A DNA stretch of 44,532 nt from Escherichia phage vB_EcoP-CC1. The notes beneath the pieces are model-generated. The model was given only the letters and a program-made list of their open reading frames with translations, did not search any database and was not told where the DNA came from. Numbering within the stretch: position 1 is the stretch's first letter; every line of letters begins with the position of its first letter. The translations under genes were made by a program, and so were the position numbers. The stretch lies in the sequence record OX457022; one strand, 5' to 3'. Of the stretch, positions 42,492-44,532 are shown piece by piece.

Positions 42492-42512
42492 TTACTGGAC
42501 ACTATAGAACAA
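42490..42512 (+). promoter_or_regulatory. Phage RNAP promoter (AATTACTGGACACTATAGAACAA)
   Basis: It matches the core consensus and overlaps the stop of the preceding gene. Confidence 0.75.
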
Positions 42513-42547
42513 TAGGTCGGCTTAGTTCGGCCTATGATTGTAAAGTG
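42513..42547 (+). promoter_or_regulatory. 5' leader hairpin (TAGGTCGG...CGGCCTA) plus conserved TGATTGTAAAGTG
   Basis: It has the same layout as 2465-2499. Confidence 0.55.
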
Positions 42548-42557
42548 TTGAACCTTA

Positions 42558-42597
42558 TTGTGCATCTTGCACAACCCGATACCGTATCGGGCTTTCT
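42558..42597 (+). terminator. Two adjacent hairpins, the second terminator-like (TTGTGCA-TCT-TGCACAA; CCCGATAC-C-GTATCGGG then CTTTCT)
   Basis: Both stems are perfect on direct reading. They lie in the leader of the SSB-like gene. Confidence 0.45.
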
Positions 42598-42653
42598 AGT
42601 GAGTACATGCTTGTGCTCAGTACAAAGCTAACTGACAATAGGAGACTAAATAA

Positions 42654-43460
42654 ATGGCACGTGGTGATTTTGATTTTGGTGCTCAAGTTACTAAAGCTGA
42701 AGGTAAAGTATTTAAGAACCCAGAAGTAGGTGATCATGAAGCAGTTATCTCTGGCATCATTCATGTTGGTTCCTTCCAAGACATCTTTAAGAAAGGTAAT
42801 ACCACTGAAGTTAAGAAGCCAGCAAACTTTGTTCTGGTTAAGATTATCCTGATGGGTGACGATGACAAGAACGAAGATGATTCTCGCATGGAACAATGGA
42901 TGGCTGTGCCTCTGAAGTCTGGTGATAAGGCAACACTGACTAAGTTCCTGAATGCAGTTGACCCTAAAGAATTGCTTGGTGGCTTCGATGACTTCATTGG
43001 TGAATGCCTGACTGCAACCATGGTTGGCTCTGGTGATAAGAATGACGATGGCTCATTCAAGTATGTTAACTGGAAGGGCTTTGGTGGTATGCCGGAAAAG
43101 CTGAAGAAACTTGTAATTGCTCAGGTTGAAGAAGAAGGTCTGTCTATGACAGGTCACATTACCTTTGACAAGCTGACCAAAGAAATCCTTGATGATATTC
43201 CTGCTAACTTGGTACGCCAATACTTCCTGAATGAAACACCTCGTGGTAAGAACCTGTCTGTTGCTGGTTCTCACGTAGAAGAAATCATTAAAGCTGCTCG
43301 TGAAGAAGACCCAGAATGGAAGAAGGCTAAGAAGAAAGATGATGAGGATGCTACTCCAGCTAATCGTAAGTCTCTGGATACTGGCGAGTCTGTTCCGCAG
43401 GAAGTGCCTGAAGCAGAAGACGCACCTGCACCGGAAATGGATGAAGACGCGGAATACTAA
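42654..43460 (+). CDS. Putative ssDNA-binding protein (gp2.5-like architecture)
   Basis: The SD is strong. The 268-aa protein has a long acidic C-terminal tail ending ...EMDEDAEY. The call rests on architecture and position, not on sequence identity. Confidence 0.45.
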   Translation: MARGDFDFGAQVTKAEGKVFKNPEVGDHEAVISGIIHVGSFQDIFKKGNTTEVKKPANFVLVKIILMGDDDKNEDDSRMEQWMAVPLKSGDKATLTKFLNAVDPKELLGGFDDFIGECLTATMVGSGDKNDDGSFKYVNWKGFGGMPEKLKKLVIAQVEEEGLSMTGHITFDKLTKEILDDIPANLVRQYFLNETPRGKNLSVAGSHVEEIIKAAREEDPEWKKAKKKDDEDATPANRKSLDTGESVPQEVPEAEDAPAPEMDEDAEY

Positions 43461-43469
43461 GGAGGGATG

Positions 43470-43688
43470 ATGAAGGTACAAATCGTAACCCTGCACTGCA
43501 AGAAGGGCATTACAACCCTTGGCGGAAACACTTTTCACTCCTTCTCTGAAGGGGAGACATATTCTGACCTGCACTACATCTGGCGCGATGGGCAGCACGT
43601 GGTGAACTACAGCGACCCCGCTACAGGGAAACGCCACGGCGTATCTCTTCCGGCGCACGACATTGCTCAGGTGAACACAGTTTTATAA
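43470..43688 (+). CDS. Hypothetical 72-aa protein
   Basis: AAGGAGGG lies upstream. The ATG at 43467 or at 43470 could be the start. Confidence 0.5.
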   Translation: MKVQIVTLHCKKGITTLGGNTFHSFSEGETYSDLHYIWRDGQHVVNYSDPATGKRHGVSLPAHDIAQVNTVL

Positions 43689-43689
43689 A

Positions 43690-43705
43690 GTCTCACATGT
43701 GAGAC
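43690..43705. repeat. Palindrome family copy (GTCTCACATGTGAGAC)
   Basis: It is a perfect dyad located 2 nt after the stop codon and 15 bp upstream of the promoter at 43721. Confidence 0.9.
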
Positions 43706-43720
43706 AAATCGGTGTCCAGT

Positions 43721-43743
43721 ATTTACTGGACACTATAGAAGAG
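43721..43743 (+). promoter_or_regulatory. Phage RNAP promoter (ATTTACTGGACACTATAGAAGAG)
   Basis: It is a consensus match. Positions -14 to -5 are mirrored upstream (GTGTCCAGTA at 43712-43721). Confidence 0.85.
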
Positions 43744-43792
43744 AAGAATTTTAATCGGCGATAATGCCATAACTAACAAAGGAGAATTTAAT

Positions 43793-44161
43793 ATGTTCAA
43801 GATTGAAACTATCGTAAACCGTGTTGTTAAAGGTGCTGCTCTGGTGTCCGTTGAATCTTTCATTATCGTCGATGAAGCTGATCAACTGGTAGCTGGCACT
43901 AAGGCTTACGATACCCGTGAAGAAGCTCAGGCTAAGATTGACAGCATGGGTAACTTTGCTGCTGGTCTGGAGTTCGCTCGTGCTTGCTTCCCTGAGCAGG
44001 CTGACAAAGCACAGATTGGTAAGGCTAATATCGTAGCTGAATATCTGGATTGGGTTGCTGCTGGTAAACCAGTGAAAGAAGCTAAGGCTGAAGAAGCTGA
44101 AGCTCCTGCAGTAGAAGAAACCAAAGCAGAAGAAGCTCTGTCTGCTGAAGAAGAATTTTAA
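43793..44161 (+). CDS. Hypothetical 122-aa protein with an acidic Ala/Glu-rich tail ending EEEF
   Basis: It has a strong SD, a dedicated consensus promoter and a downstream terminator. Confidence 0.7.
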   Translation: MFKIETIVNRVVKGAALVSVESFIIVDEADQLVAGTKAYDTREEAQAKIDSMGNFAAGLEFARACFPEQADKAQIGKANIVAEYLDWVAAGKPVKEAKAEEAEAPAVEETKAEEALSAEEEF

Positions 44162-44166
44162 TTGAT

Positions 44167-44200
44167 GCCCTGTCTGCCTTAGTGTAGGCAGGGTCTTTTG
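44167..44200 (+). terminator. Hairpin plus T-run terminator
   Basis: CTGCCT-TAGTGT-AGGCAG, with CCCT/AGGG extension, is followed by TCTTTTGTG. Confidence 0.6.
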
Positions 44201-44225
44201 TGTAATAGTTATTGGAGAATGAATT

Positions 44226-44519
44226 ATGCCGACTATTGAAGAACGTTTCCTGATTCACGTAGACTTCTCACCCATACATCTTGGTTATCTTATCACTATT
44301 CTCTTAGGAGAGGAGGTTTATCTACATAATTACCTTATACCTGAATATGTATGTTTTAGGGATAAGATACACCCGCTTACTTGGGCACAAGAGTGGCTGC
44401 GTGAACATGTGCTGAAGGAGTGGCCTACATGCGACCAAACTTCGACTTCGGAGCTACAGTATCGGAAGACAATAATCTCATCCTGTGGCCGACTGAAGGT
44501 GAGAGAATCGCTCTCATAG
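44226..44519 (+). CDS. Hypothetical 97-aa protein overlapping the exonuclease start
   Basis: GGAG lies 8 nt upstream. The 3' 91 nt overlap the exonuclease CDS, whose start is at 44429 (equivalent to 24). Confidence 0.4.
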   Translation: MPTIEERFLIHVDFSPIHLGYLITILLGEEVYLHNYLIPEYVCFRDKIHPLTWAQEWLREHVLKEWPTCDQTSTSELQYRKTIISSCGRLKVRESLS

Positions 44520-44532
44520 ATGCTGACATGTT

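Overview
This window is a complete, circularly permuted genome of a virulent SP6/K1-5/K1E-type podophage (T7 supergroup). It encodes a single-subunit RNA polymerase, and its phage promoters follow the form ATTTACTGGACACTATAGAAG. Bases 1-127 recur exactly at 44406-44532, so the unique unit is 44,405 bp and the window was cut inside the exonuclease gene. The biological genome ends must lie in the non-coding stretch at about 29.4-30.2 kb. Every supported gene is on the + strand; the minus-strand ORFs in the track look like shadows of + strand genes. No tRNA, rRNA, CRISPR, integrase or transposase was seen.

Biological gene order:
- Terminal region: CTCGCC x3, CCCCATAGGG, an ATCTGTT pause motif and a CTTAGT short-repeat array.
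- Early region: two sigma70 promoters, each followed by an rrn-type boxA, then coupled micro-ORFs, an Ocr (T7 gp0.3) homologue, a DUF3102-like early protein and an SP6-type RNAP.
- Replication region: tandem phage promoters in an origin-like region, then a gp1.1-like protein, primase-helicase, DNA polymerase, an SSB-like protein, exonuclease, endonuclease VII, a metallophosphoesterase, a gp1.7-like protein, ligase and a GNAT.
- Structural region: portal, scaffold, capsid, tail tube A and B, and three internal virion proteins.
- Right end: a 1027-aa tail fibre, holin, terminase small and large subunits, three paralogous small proteins, an M15 endolysin, spanins and a second 507-aa fibre.

I did not find a clear-cut new multi-gene system. 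The least explained signals are:
1. A 16-bp perfect palindrome, GTCTCAC-NN-GTGAGAC, present in 6 perfect copies, 2 near-perfect copies and 1 half copy. It sits either at the apex of RNase III-like hairpins or directly against phage promoters.
2. A promoter-driven cassette of three paralogous 'SGKQ-module' proteins of unknown family, located next to the host-range and lysis genes.
3. rrn-type boxA antitermination signals in the early leaders.
4. Two receptor-binding proteins that both end in S74-type chaperone domains, one with Cys in place of the nucleophilic Ser.
5. A small, strongly expressed protein with a gp2.5/gp4-style acidic C-terminal tail ending in Phe.

All homology statements rest on recognising motifs or recalling sequences from memory. 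No database search was possible.
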